Below, in pieces: positions 1 to 11,200 of a DNA stretch of 64,000 bases. Below the pieces are notes generated by a model. The model did no database searches. It was not told the origin of the DNA and was given only the letters and a program-made list of their open reading frames with translations. Location: assembly GCF_963921235.1 (NCBI RefSeq), contig NC_086097.1, positions 140,740,001-140,804,000 on the forward strand, written 5' to 3'. Position 1 is the stretch's first letter, and each line of letters opens with the position of its first letter. The stretch is from Mobula hypostoma. Taxonomy: Eukaryota. A program made the translations under genes and the position numbers.

Positions 1-895
1 CGTCCATTTATAACAGAGATGCAGAGAAATTTCTTCAGCCAGAGGGCAGTGAATTTGTGGAATCTGTTACCACAGGCAGATCGTTGGGCGGATTTAAGGC
101 AGAGATTGATAGGTTCTAGATTGGACACGGCATCAAAGGTTACGGGGAGAAGGCTGGGGGAGTGGGGCTGAGGAAGGGAAAAAAAGGATCAGACATGATT
201 GAATGGCGGAGTAGACTCGATGGGCCAAATAGCCTAATTCTACTCCTATGTCTTATGGTCCTATGGTCTTAACAGTCTTGCCTTTCGAAATGCTCTAAAA
301 TCTGGACCCACAGAAATTCCGTCCAGCAATTAGTCTGTATCTTGACCGATGGACAGTAGCTGCCAGACGAAGCGGTCCCCCAATTTAGGACAGGTCTTAC
401 CAATGTAGAGGAGGCCGCATTGGGATCAGCGGCAAGATTCCGGGAATGAAAGGGTTCCAATACGAGGACTGAATCATGGCTCTGGGCATGTGTTCCCTGC
501 AATTGAGAAAAATGGGGGGTGGGGGGGGGGGGAAATTTCATTGAAACCTATCAAATGCTGAAAGCCCTCGATGGAGTGGATGTAGAGACGATGTTTCCTA
601 TGGTGGGGAATCCAGAACCAGAGGGCAAGGCCTCAGAATGGAGGGCAGTTTATTTAGAATGGAGATGAGGAAGAATTTATGTCGCCAGAGAGTAATGAAT
701 CTGTGGCTGTGGAGTTGAAGTCACTGAGTATACTTAAGGCAGAGGTTGATAGGTTCTTGATTGGTCAGTGCATGAAGGGTTTCGGGGTGAAGGCAGGACA
801 TCAGGGCTGAGAGGGAAATGGATCAGGCATGATGAAATGTCGGAGCAGACTCGATGAGTCAAATGGCCTAATTCTGCTCCTATATGTTATGGTTG
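1..895 (+). mobile_element. CR1 LINE 3' fragments (1-262, 421-895) with a short minus-strand Penelope piece (about 331-420)
   Basis: CR1-type 3' ends (GACTCGATGGGCCAAATAGCCTAATTCT..TATGGT) and a degenerate IPGMKG..LIET segment. The Penelope piece matches 31560-31640 in reverse. Confidence 0.75.
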
Positions 896-899
896 AATA

Positions 900-1900
900 G
901 GCAGGTGTAGCACTTTAGCAGCTTGTAGGGATAAATGCAGGGTGGGAGATTAGTGGGGAGGGACGAATGGACAAGGGAACCACGGAGGGAGCGATCGCTG
1001 TGGAAAGCGGGAAGTACTGGGGGGAGGGCGACGGAATCGGGAGAGGTAATGATATGTGTAGCCCTCTGTTTCGGACGGCGGCGTTAGTCAAGGTGAAGAG
1101 AGTCTCCGGCGCCGCAGAACTTGTGAAATCTCTTTTGCTTTGGATGCTGCGTGATGTTTCCCCCTGTTACCAATCAGTACCACGAAATAACAAACAGTAC
1201 ACCACATGCAATTAAACGATTGGGCTTCATAATTCTTAATTTGACCAGAGGGTTAGTAAAGAAAAACAAAAAGAGAAAGGGCCGATTTTAGCGAAACAGT
1301 CTAAATGTGCACGTTGGAGCTCACTGTTTTCCCGTCCCTTCGTGTTCCATCGATTTCCCCCGGGCGACGTCGACTCCTGACCCCATTCCAAATCCACTCT
1401 GTCCTGCAGTCTACGATCTCTCCGTTCTGGCATCTTCTCTCTCCACCTTCTGCCGCACGAAAGCCCGCGAATACTTCACTCTCGGGTACACAAGAAAGGA
1501 AAATCACTCCCTCACTGGACGACGCACATTTCAAAGTCCCCGGTAGCTCTAGTCATAACGCAAATACTGTTGCTGCAGAGAAACCATTAAATTAGCAGAG
1601 AAATCTTTCCCAAGGTGTTACACGTGTTTGGTGGAAGGGTCCCTTTGGAGATATCGGAAGTTGTGGAGAATGATGTGTTGGATGTGGAGGCGCATGGGGT
1701 GGTAGATAGAACAACAGGAACACTATCACTGTTTAGGCGAAGGGAGGACGAGGTGAGCACGGCTGTTAGGAAAATGGAGGAGGTGAGGGTGAACGCAGCA
1801 TCAATGGTGGAGGAAAGGAAACCCCATTTCTCCGCCCAAAAGGTCCACTGCTTTTTTCATTTCCAGAGATGCTGCCTGACCGGCTGAGTTCCTGCAGATT
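900..1900 (-). mobile_element. Penelope-like fragment interrupted by a solo LTR
   Basis: Reverse-complement similarity to the Penelope ORF region at 55200-55560, and paralogous to 30600-31080. Confidence 0.7.
1057..1622. mobile_element. Solo LTR, 566 bp
   Basis: Termini TGTAG...TTACA, imperfect 4-bp TSD TATG/CGTG. Absent from the paralogous empty sites near 30895 and 60068. Confidence 0.7.
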
Positions 1901-2417
1901 CTTGGGTGTGTTGCTTCTGTTCACTTTTCCTGAGCAGCGGTATTGTTTTTGATTTAAATCAGAACCTTCCAGTTCCTGATGTTGGATTAGACTGTAATGG
2001 TTATTTCTTTGCAGTTTAACTTTGTTACGCCTGCTTGTATTTTGTATAATTAACTATATGTATGTAACTGTGCACTGTGTCCCCTAGTGGTTACAGTTAT
2101 ATGTATTATTTCCGAATCGTATTGGCTCATCATCTTCTTTCCCTTCTCTTTCTTCATTGATATTAGACTTTTGCAACGCTCCCTTTTCGATTCCTTTATT
2201 CTCCTGGAACTTAATGTAAGGGTCATGGAGCCACACGTTTTATCTCTTGTTCTTGACTTCGGAAAGAACATTGGATCAAAAACATCAGAATCCAACACTG
2301 CTGTCTCTCCCCCAGTAGTGACCATTTTATGTCTGCAGGTTTTATTGACATTCAATGAAGGAGAATTTATAAAAAGGGAAGTCATGAGCAGCGATCCTAG
2401 TAAATAACACCGCATGA

Positions 2418-2945
2418 ACAGAAGAAGTGGGAGTAGGAGGAGTCCAATTGACCCGTCAATCCTGCTGCACCATTCGATAAAATCATGGCTGATCTAGGCT
2501 CAGCTCCACTTACCTGCCTTTTCTCTACAACCCCCATTTTCCTACTAACCACAGTGGTCCCAGGCTTCTCTATCTATTCTCATAGGCTAACCTTCTCACC
2601 TTCGGAATCAACCGAATAACTCGCCTCTGTATCGCCTACAAAGGAGTATATATTTTCTCAAATGGCGAGGTCAGAATTGTGCACAGTGATCCAGATGTGG
2701 CCTTACTAGTACCCGTACAGCTGCAGTCCCCTGTCTATGCTAATACATGACCCCCCAATTCTATGCATCCTTATCTATGGATGTCTTTTATGCGGCATCT
2801 TATCGAACACTCTGGAAATCCAAGAATACAACACCCCTTATTCCCCCCTATCTAATCCGTTCGTTATATTCTCAAAGAACTCCAGTAACTTTGCCAGCTG
2901 GAACTGCCTTCCTGAATCCATGCTCAGTCTGCCTAATGGAACCAT
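2418..2945 (-). mobile_element. 5'-truncated CR1 fragment
   Basis: Reverse CR1 3' tail and RT fragments. Paralogues at 29590-30105 and 60885-61500. Confidence 0.7.
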
Positions 2946-3004
2946 TTCAAGGATGTAAAGTCTTGTCGGGCTTCCAGCCGGTTACAGATATCAGATGCAA
3001 GTTT

Positions 3005-6000
3005 CGATGACAATTGCATGGGAGAAGGCAGGGTTTGTCGTTGAAACCGTGTATTGAGGTGGTAGTCAAGTAGGCGAAAGGGCTTAAATAGACACTGTAG
3101 AGTACTCCTGTGTCCACCCCCTCAACAACAGGATACTGTTGCGTGGTGAGGGGAGGGGGGGGGAAATGACGCAGCAGGGGAAAGTCACAGCATTCAGGTC
3201 TCTGGCTCTGTGACTCAGAAGGGAGGGGGAGAAGAGGTGAGCTGTGGTGATGGAAGATTCGTCTGTTAGCGGAACAGAAAGGTTCGGTGGACGAGAACGA
3301 GATTCCCGTTTGGCATGTTGCTTCCCGGGTGCAAAGGTCCGGGACAGCTGAAATCGAGTCCTCAGCATTCTTAAGTCCGAGGGCGGGCAGCCAGAGGCCG
3401 TATTCCATATAGGTGTCAATGAAGTAGGTAGGAGGCGTGATGAGGTTCTGTATAGTGTGTTCAGGGAGTTAGGTGCTAAGTTAAAGGAAAGGACGTCCAG
3501 GGTTGTAATCTCCGGATTGCTACCCTTGCCGCGTGTTGGTGAGGCCGGACATAGGAGGGTAATACAGTTTAACACGTAGCTAACGACTTGGTGTAGTAGG
3601 GTGGGTGTCCGATTTTTAGCTCAATGGGCTGTCTTCCAGGGAATGAGGATCTGGTTTGCACGTGAACTGGAGGGAGACTAATACCCTTGCAGGAAGGTTT
3701 GCTAATGCTGCATGAGGGGTGGGGAGGAGCGAGGGTGGGCGGGTTTGAACTAGAGTTGCAGGGGGATGCCAGAACAGATGTTGGAGAACTCGTGATGACA
3801 GATGTTGTTAAGACCTCAGAAAAATTCAGGAACACAGGTTGAGCCTAGTGCAACTATTGTGCTGGGCTGCATATATTTCAATGCAAGAAGTTTTGTAAGA
3901 AAGGCAGATGAGCGCAGGGCATGGATCCGCACATGGAATTATGATATTGTAGCCATTCCTGAGGGTTGCAGGAGGGGCAGCACTTCCAGCTCAGTATTCC
4001 GGGGTTCTGTTGTTTTAGCCACGACAGAGAGGGATGGATTTAAGAGGGGAGGGGTGGCGTTGCTAGTCATGGGAAATGTCAGGAAAAACTAGAGAAACTG
4101 TCAAGTGAGGTGTTATGGACGAAACTGAGGAAGGAGAAAGGCATCAACACGTTAAGGAGACTATATTATACTCCACCCAACAGTCCGCAGGTTTTAGATG
4201 AACACAACTATAGAGAGATCACAGACTGTTGCAAGAAACATAAGGTTGTTATAGTAGGTGATTGTAATTTTCCACATATTGACTCGGTCTCTCATACTGT
4301 AGAAGGACGAGATGGGATAGAGTTTGTTAAATATGTTCAGGGAAGATTACTGAATCAGTACGTGGAAGTCCCAATGAGAGATTGCGTGATACCTGATCTT
4401 CTTTTATGGAATGAGACAGGAAATTTTTGCAGGGGAACTCTTTGCTTCTAGTGATCACAATGCCATTAGTTTAAATTGATTATGGAAAAAGATAGGTCTG
4501 GCCCCTGGGTTGAGATTCTACATTGGAGAAAGGCGAATTTTGATATTATCAGAAAGGATCTGGCAAGTATGGATTGGGGCAGGCTGTTTTCTGGCAAAGG
4601 ATTTCCAGTTAAGTCGATGGCCTTCAAAAGTGAAATTTTGAGATTACAAAGCTCGTACGTGGCTGCCAGAATAAAAAGGAAAGATAACAGATGTAGGATT
4701 CCTTGGTTTTCAAGAAATATGGCAACCTTGGTTAAGGAAAAGGAGGTGCATTGCAGGTAGGAATAGATGAGGTACTTATGGAGTATAAGAAATGCAAGGG
4801 AATACTTATGAAGAAAACAGGAAGGCTAGAAGAAGGTATGATGAGTCTTAGCAGACACGCTGAAGTGTTTCCAAGGGGATTCTATAGAGAATCTAAGAGC
4901 AAAAATATTATAAGGGACAAAATTGGTCCTCTGGAAGAATAAGAATGCGTGGAGCCAAAAGAGATGAAGGAGCTCTTAAATGGATGTTCTTTTTGCATCT
5001 GTATTTACACGGGAGATGGAAACTGCATATTTAGAAGTCGGGCAAAGCAGTGGCGAGGTCATGGACCTTACACAGATTACAGAGATGGAGGTGCTTGCTG
5101 TCTTGAGGCAAATTAAGGTGGATAAATCCCAAGAGCCGCATAAGGTGTTCCTTTGAATCCTGTGGGAGGCAAGTGCAGAAATTGCAGGGGCCCTAGCAGA
5201 GATATTTAGATCGTCCTTAGCAACAGGTGACATAACGGAAGATTAGAGGATACCTCATGTTCCACTTTTTAAGAAAGGTTCTAAGTATAAACTAGGAAAT
5301 ATAAACTGGTGAGCTTGGTATTAGTAATGGGAAATTTATTGAAAAGTATTCTATGAGAATTAGGATAGCTATGTTCTGATTAGGCATTAGGGTTTTTGAG
5401 AGCCTAACCAAACCTGTAGAATTTTTTCGAGGAGGTTTCCAGCAAAGTTGATAAAAGCTAGGCAGTGGATGTTGTCTACATGGACTTTAGAAAGACATTT
5501 GACAAGGTCCCGCATGGGAGATTGGTCATGAAGGTTCAGTTGTTAGGCATTCAAGATGAGGTAGTAAATTGGTTTAGGCATTGGCTTTGTGGAAGGAGCC
5601 AGAGAATAGAAGTAAATTATTGCCTCTCTGACTGGAGATCTTTGACTAGTAGCGAGCCACAGGGCTCTCTTGATTGTCATCTACAGCAACGATATGGATG
5701 CTAATGTGCTTAACAGGATCAGCAAATTTTCAGATGACACCAGAATTGGAAGTGTCGTGAACAGTGAGAAATACTATTAGAGTTCATGATGGGATCTGAA
5801 TCAGCTGGAATAGGGGCTGAAAGATGGAATTTGATGCAGACAAGTGTGAGGTGCTGCACTTCAGTCGGAGCAACCAAGGCGGGTCTTGCGGAGTGAGCAG
5901 TAGAGCACTGAGGAGTGTTGTAGAGAAAGGGATCTGGGAATACAGGTCCATAATTCATTGAAGGTGAAGTCACAGATAGATAGGACTATAAAGAAAGTGT

Positions 6001-6130
6001 TTGATACATTGGCCTTCATTAATCAAATTATTCAGATGTTGGTGTGTGCAGTTTTAGTCACCTACCGACAGGAAAGATGTAATAAAGTTGAATCACTGCA
6101 GAGAAAAATTACCAGTATGTTGCAGGACGA
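3005..6130 (+). mobile_element. Degenerate CR1 LINE (ORF1 esterase, APE endonuclease, RT)
   Basis: ORF fragments YFNARS..WNYDIVAI, VVIVGDCNFP, VDVVYMDFRKTFDKVPHGRL; many stops and frameshifts. Confidence 0.85.
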
Positions 6131-6239
6131 GAGATTAGGAATAGTAAAGTAAGAAAAAAAGATCATTGGTCTGGAAGTTATTCAATGTCAAAAGGTGTAA
6201 ATGCGTAGGCACTTATATTCACTTCTTTAAATTTCATCA

Positions 6240-6590
6240 ACACACCACGAGACAAGGAAATGATGCCGGAAGAGGAGCAGTAGGAAGAGGCCACCAGGTC
6301 CACAGTCCTGCCCCAGTATTCAATATGTTCATTGCTAACATGCCCCAGGCCTCAGCACCTCCTCTATATCAGAGCATGATGGCCCTCAGGTCTCCGATTT
6401 CTGTATTCGTTATACTGCACAGATACAGGTCCTTTAGCCCTGCTCGTCAAATATTTCAATGGCCAGTAGGAGAGAAGCAAATTTATTGTTTCAGGTCGAA
6501 ATTTCAGACAAGTATCTACCAACATTCAATGACCTAGGGACCAGAAATCCATTGAGATGCCAAAGAATCGCTTCCCTCTGCCAGAAGTTG
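6240..6590 (+). mobile_element. Very old LINE RT remnant, duplicated at 33190-33545
   Basis: Degenerate P..FNMFIANMP segment, alignable to 33190-33545. Confidence 0.4.
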
Positions 6591-6829
6591 TAAATGACTC
6601 TCACCTCCTTTTTATTGAAATCATGTCTTCTGGGCTGCAAGAGATCGTGATATCAGTGAACGAGATATTCGAAATGAAGGGGTGGATGGAAACGGTGACT
6701 GGACAGAACTTGGCAGCTCTGTGGATATTGTGTGTGTGGCGGGGGGGGGGGGTGATCATTGATATCAATGGCAGTGAGGTAGGAAATCAGCTGAGAGGCT
6801 GGAGCAGGGCGAGGGGAAACTCAGCGTTC

Positions 6830-7240
6830 CATCAGGAATGTATTCCTTACACTGTACTGTTCAGGAACATGGGCGAAATCGCAGACGTCACTATTTCATT
6901 CGGAGTTTGAGGAGATGTGGTGTGCCAGCAGAGACCCCTGCAATATTTTTACAGATATACCACGGAGATTATTCTGACTGATTACATCACAGCCTTGCAT
7001 GCAACCTGCAATGCAAGAGGTTGTAGACTCAAGCAGCTCCCTCGCGGGCAGAACCATCTCCGCCACCGAAGACAGTTTAAGAGGCAGTGCTTCAAGAAGG
7101 AGGCATTCATTATTAAAGACCCTCACCATAGGGGACACCATTCGCGTTCATACCATCGGGAAGAGGCATAAGAGTCTAAATATCCACATTCCACATTTTA
7201 ACAACTGTCTCTTCCTCTCCGCCATCACATTACTGAAAGG
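6830..7240 (+). mobile_element. Rex1/Babar- or L2-like LINE 3' fragment
   Basis: Translates to FYRYTTEIILT..CFKKEAFIIKDPHHRGH, typical of the C-terminus of these ORFs. Confidence 0.6.
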
Positions 7241-7319
7241 CTCATGATGGCAATAGTCTTCATTTTATTTATTAGTTTTAATAAATAAAAAGATTAAAAT
7301 TTTAAATTACCCATATGAA

Positions 7320-7994
7320 CTGTGTTTTTGGAAAGAGAGAGAGAGAGAGAGAGAGTTATTTAACACTGACATCTTGTTTTTAAGAGAGGGAGAAAGGAAG
7401 AGAGAGAGAGAGAAGAAGACTGCTTTGAGGTGCTGTTATGAACCCCTACTGTTCCTATTTCCTGTGAACTGTCACTTTAAGGAACAAGGAATTTTTGGAT
7501 TTCTGCTGAGTTGGAAAGATAGAGAGAGCACCGAACAGCTCATAAATCGCTATGGTGACCGAGGGCGGCGTTATTTGATGGACAATCGATGATATAGTTT
7601 CTCTGGAGCGTGTTTATACTTCTCAACGACATTGCCTGCTTGTACATTTCTTACACAGACAAAGGAAGGAGGAGTTATTTGAGAGACAGTTGGTACTCAG
7701 TACGGTGAGATAAATAGGAGGTCAGATGATAGACCTGCAACACATGTTTTTGGACACTGAATGAGCTTTGTTGTGCCCACAGGAAAAGTGAGTTTTTGGA
7801 GGATCAATCAGGCGGATCGATCAGTGGCTCTTGCAGTGAGAAAAGGGAGTTGTCCATGTGTCCAACCTTTGCCTGGGTTGATAGCTCCACCACAGACGAA
7901 CGGTCCCCTTTGTTGTGGTCACAGTCGGTGACTTTTAAAGGATTTCGGAGGTCAACTGGAAGATCGACGGTGTCAGCTCACTTGAAGATTCAAA

Positions 7995-8034
<40 letters not shown>

Positions 8035-8299
8035 ACTACTCAACTGAATACTACGAACTGAACTGAACTTTACTCATTATCGTAAGACTGTATCTATTTA
8101 CCCCTAGACTTGAAGAAGCTTGGTTTTGCATATATTTTCCACACTTACTTATATATCATTGCTAACCTGTTTGGTTTATCTGCATTTATATTCCTGTATT
8201 GTGTAGTTACTAAAAAATATTATTAGTTAACAGTAATAACGGACTCCAAAGTGTTTTCCATTTCTGCTGGTTCCTTAACCCGTCACGGGGTACGTGACA
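7320..8299. mobile_element. LTR-like element with (GA)n and (CT)n tracts
   Basis: Ends in CCCGTCACGGGGTACGTGACA. Homologous along its length to 63190-64000. Confidence 0.65.
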
Positions 8300-8399
8300 G
8301 GTAATAAGCCTGATTCTGATTCTGATTCACCAACAGGCCGCAGAGCTGAACAAACAAATGTTGACCTGAAGGCGGCGCTCGCGATCCAGTGACCACGCA

Positions 8400-8723
8400 A
8401 ACGAGAAAGTTCCACAATGTCCTGGTCTTGTTTAGGATAAAGATCAGTGTTAATCAGAATAAACTGAGCAACCAGGACCGAGCGGTCGAGTGACATTGAG
8501 GTACAGTCAAGCAAACCAGCGCAATTTATGAAAGGAAGAAATGAACTGTGGCGCGCCCCGCCCCTGCACCCGCTCCCTAAGAAAGGCGGCGCTACCAGCC
8601 TCATGCAAAGAAGTGATTTGGACACGGTTCGGGGTAGAAGCTGAGGCGGGTTCAGCCACTTCTACAAAAGCTGATAAACTGCGGTTCCTCTCAGATTCCA
8701 AACACTGACCCGGCGCAACAAGC
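8400..8723 (+). promoter_or_regulatory. Putative TATA-less V1 promoter
   Basis: Alignable with the sequence upstream of V2. Conserved GATA sites (8435-8440, 8672-8677), ETS-like TTCCT (8685-8689), GC-rich boxes, and a RUNX-like TGCGGT (8680-8685, V1 only). Confidence 0.55.
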
Positions 8724-9148
8724 ATGTGGCAGGGTCCCTGGTTCGTGGTGCTGCTTTTCAGCTGTGCGTTACCAACACCTCTTCAACTTTTATCGCCTCT
8801 CCCCGCCGCGCAGATCCTTATACCGTTTTCTGCTCTCTTTGCAGGTCGCAGTGTGGCTCAGACCCTGACCCAGCCCGAAGCATGGATTACCGCACCTGTC
8901 GGGAAAGTCGTGAAAGTATGGTGTGAAGTGAATGGAGTCTCCATCAGCAGCAGTAATCCCCTTCACTGGTACCAACAGAAACCCGGCAAGCCTCTCCATT
9001 GGATACTCTACTATGGAGGTAGCGTAACGCGGGATTCGGAATTCGTGATATCCTTCGACGCGGGAAAAACTACAGCTTCCAAACTCTATCTCAGAATCAA
9101 AGTTAATGCTGAAAGCGCTGCCACCTATTACTGCGCCTACTGGGTTTA
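8724..9148 (+). CDS. TRGV: T-cell receptor gamma variable segment V1, apparently functional: leader exon 8724-8763, intron 8764-8844, V exon 8845-9148
   Basis: Leader MWQGPWFVVLLFS, phase-1 intron (GTGCGT...TTTGCAG), then CRSVA-QTLTQP..C..LHWYQQKPGKP..ILYY..ATYYCAYW with no stops, ending at an RSS. HWY..ILYY and YYCAxW are TRGV hallmarks. Confidence 0.88.
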
Positions 9149-9186
9149 CACAGTATGTAATAGAAATCAAACTCCGCATAAAAAGC
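9149..9186 (+). other. Recombination signal sequence of V1 (23-class, 22-bp spacer)
   Basis: CACAGTA (9149-9155), 22 nt, ATAAAAAGC (9178-9186), directly after the V coding end. Confidence 0.9.
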
Positions 9187-10014
9187 TCGACGATCAGCCA
9201 GCGAAAGGGAAATGTTGATCCGGAGGCTGCAGCGACCTCTAGCTAGACTTGCACTTACTGATATCTGCCGTGCAGGAGTTGGATCTGCTCAAGAGGCAGG
9301 GACAGAGGGGTTCTGCCACCAGATACACGCCTCGTGGCCTGGCCGCTGGTGAGGCGGGGGTACTCACATTGTCTGTCTCCGAGAGATACTGATCTCCCGG
9401 CGCGGGGAGCTGAGCATTAACCACGGACCTCGCAATTACCGAACCCGCTCCTCACAAACGGGAACTACTTGCGAGAGGCAGTCTGGCTGACATGTGCACC
9501 TTGGTCCCAGTTCACTCCTGGTGTCGATTCCAGGAGCTCTGATTCAGTTTTTCACACAATGAGTGGTGGGTGCGTGGAATGCACTGCCGACGACGGGTTG
9601 GAGGCGGATAAAATAGGGTCTTTTATGAGACTCTCAGATAGGCACACGGAGCTTAGAAAAATAGAGGGCTATGCTCTAGAGTAATTCTAGCCAGTTTCTA
9701 GAGTAGGTTACATGGTCGGCACAACATTGTGGGCCGAAAGGCCTGTAATGTGCCGTAGATTTTCTATGTTCTATGTTCACGGGAGATTAGGCGAGATATT
9801 AAATGAATATTTCTTCTCTGTTATTGCTGTAGAGATGATCAGGAAAAATAAGAAAATCGAGATAGAGAATATGATGTCTTGAAATATATCCATACTACAA
9901 AACGGATGGTGCCGACAGGCTTAAGGTGGATACATCCCCAGGGCCAGAACAAGTGCATTCTCCCTAGAAAGGCAGGGAGAGGCAGTGAAGCGTAGTAGTT
10001 AGAACAACTCATAA

Positions 10015-11200
10015 TAGTACAGGTGACCCTGTAACGAGTTTGTACGCTCTCCGGGTGCTCTGCTTTCTTCCCACATTCCAAAAATGTACTGCTGGTAGGT
10101 GAATTGGCCGTGGTAAATCGACTCGTAATGAGACTAAGAATAAATCAGGGTTTGCTGGGCGACGTGGCCTGAAGGGCTGGAAGTGTCATACGGGGTGGGG
10201 GTGGGGGTGGGGCGCTGGGAGCGGATTCAAATGCAAGACACGGACACTGAAGTACTAGGAACAGGACTCGAAGTGTCAAGAAAGCAAGGCAAGTGGGGAC
10301 GAAAGGACGCTGGACATTGACACAGACCCTGGACGAGACTACGATGAGGGGCCTGGGCTAGGACATGGACAAGAAACACGGAACCTGGACAAGGAACCAA
10401 GAACAAGGAGCTTGGACTAGTGACATGGAACCCCAGAATCAGAACCTGGGTCTTGGTTGGGACTCGGAACCGGAACCCAGGTCTAGGCTAGGACTCGGGA
10501 CTAGGGTCTCGGCAAGGACAGGACGTGGATACAGAACAGGACGTGGAACTCCTGCACAGGACAAGGCACATGGACAGGACGAGAACACGAAGCCTTGACT
10601 TGGTCGAGGAGACAGGAACACAGAGCTCTGGTCGAGGGAGAACAGGAACGCAGAGCACAGAGCCTTGGTCTTGAGAGACAGGAACATGGAACACAGAGCC
10701 AGGGCCCCTCCTTGGGAACAGGACGTAGGGCCAGGACTCATACACAGAACACAGAGAGACAGTTCCCAACACAAGGTAGCGGCAAACGACCGGACGTACC
10801 GAGCGAAGGCGTGGACACAGAGACGGTTCACAACACAAAGTAGTGGCAAACGGCCGGACCTACTTAGCGAAGGCGTGGACACAAGTGAGGGAGCAGGCAA
10901 GGCTTCAGGCAAAGGTTTCAGGCGAAGGTAGCAGGCGAGGCTTCAGACGAAGGTAGGGGAAGGAAGGGAAAGGGAAGGGAACAGTCCAGTAACTGAAGCT
11001 GAACCCAGGAGCTGTTCATGTAGCCAGCCCAAAATGGAATCATGTGCCTCAATTAAGGCACACAACAGGACAAGGGAAAACTTGAAAACTTGAAATAAGG
11101 GACGATGGACCGGACCGTGAACCGGAATGTGGACTTCACAGACCGGACCATGACAGGAAGGGCCTGTTCTGCGTTGGATCTCAATAAACAAACACATAAG
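10015..11200 (+). mobile_element. V-SINE (HE1-like) fragment split by a solo LTR
   Basis: CTCCGGGTGCTCTGCTTTCTTCCCACATTCCAAA resembles the V-SINE core. The sequence resumes after 11155. Confidence 0.55.
10184..11155 (-). mobile_element. Solo LTR, family A, 972 bp
   Basis: TGTCA...TGACA termini with a perfect 5-bp TSD GGAAG (10179-10183, 11156-11160). Confidence 0.85.

Noticed and set aside
2050-2415. 121-aa ORF nearly repeated at 30104-30469
   Set aside because: The similarity reflects segmental duplication. The frame is not kept in the third copy (60300-60860) and no domain is evident.
8603-8610. ATGCAAAG near-octamer suggesting an Ig promoter
   Set aside because: One mismatch to ATGCAAAT and not conserved upstream of V2.
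8724-9148. Immunoglobulin light-chain (lambda-like) assignment, suggested by QTLTQP and WYQQKPG
   Set aside because: PQRILYY, YYCAYW/YYCAIWD and a multi-family V array with no adjacent J or C fit TRGV better than clustered shark IgL. A phylogeny would settle it.
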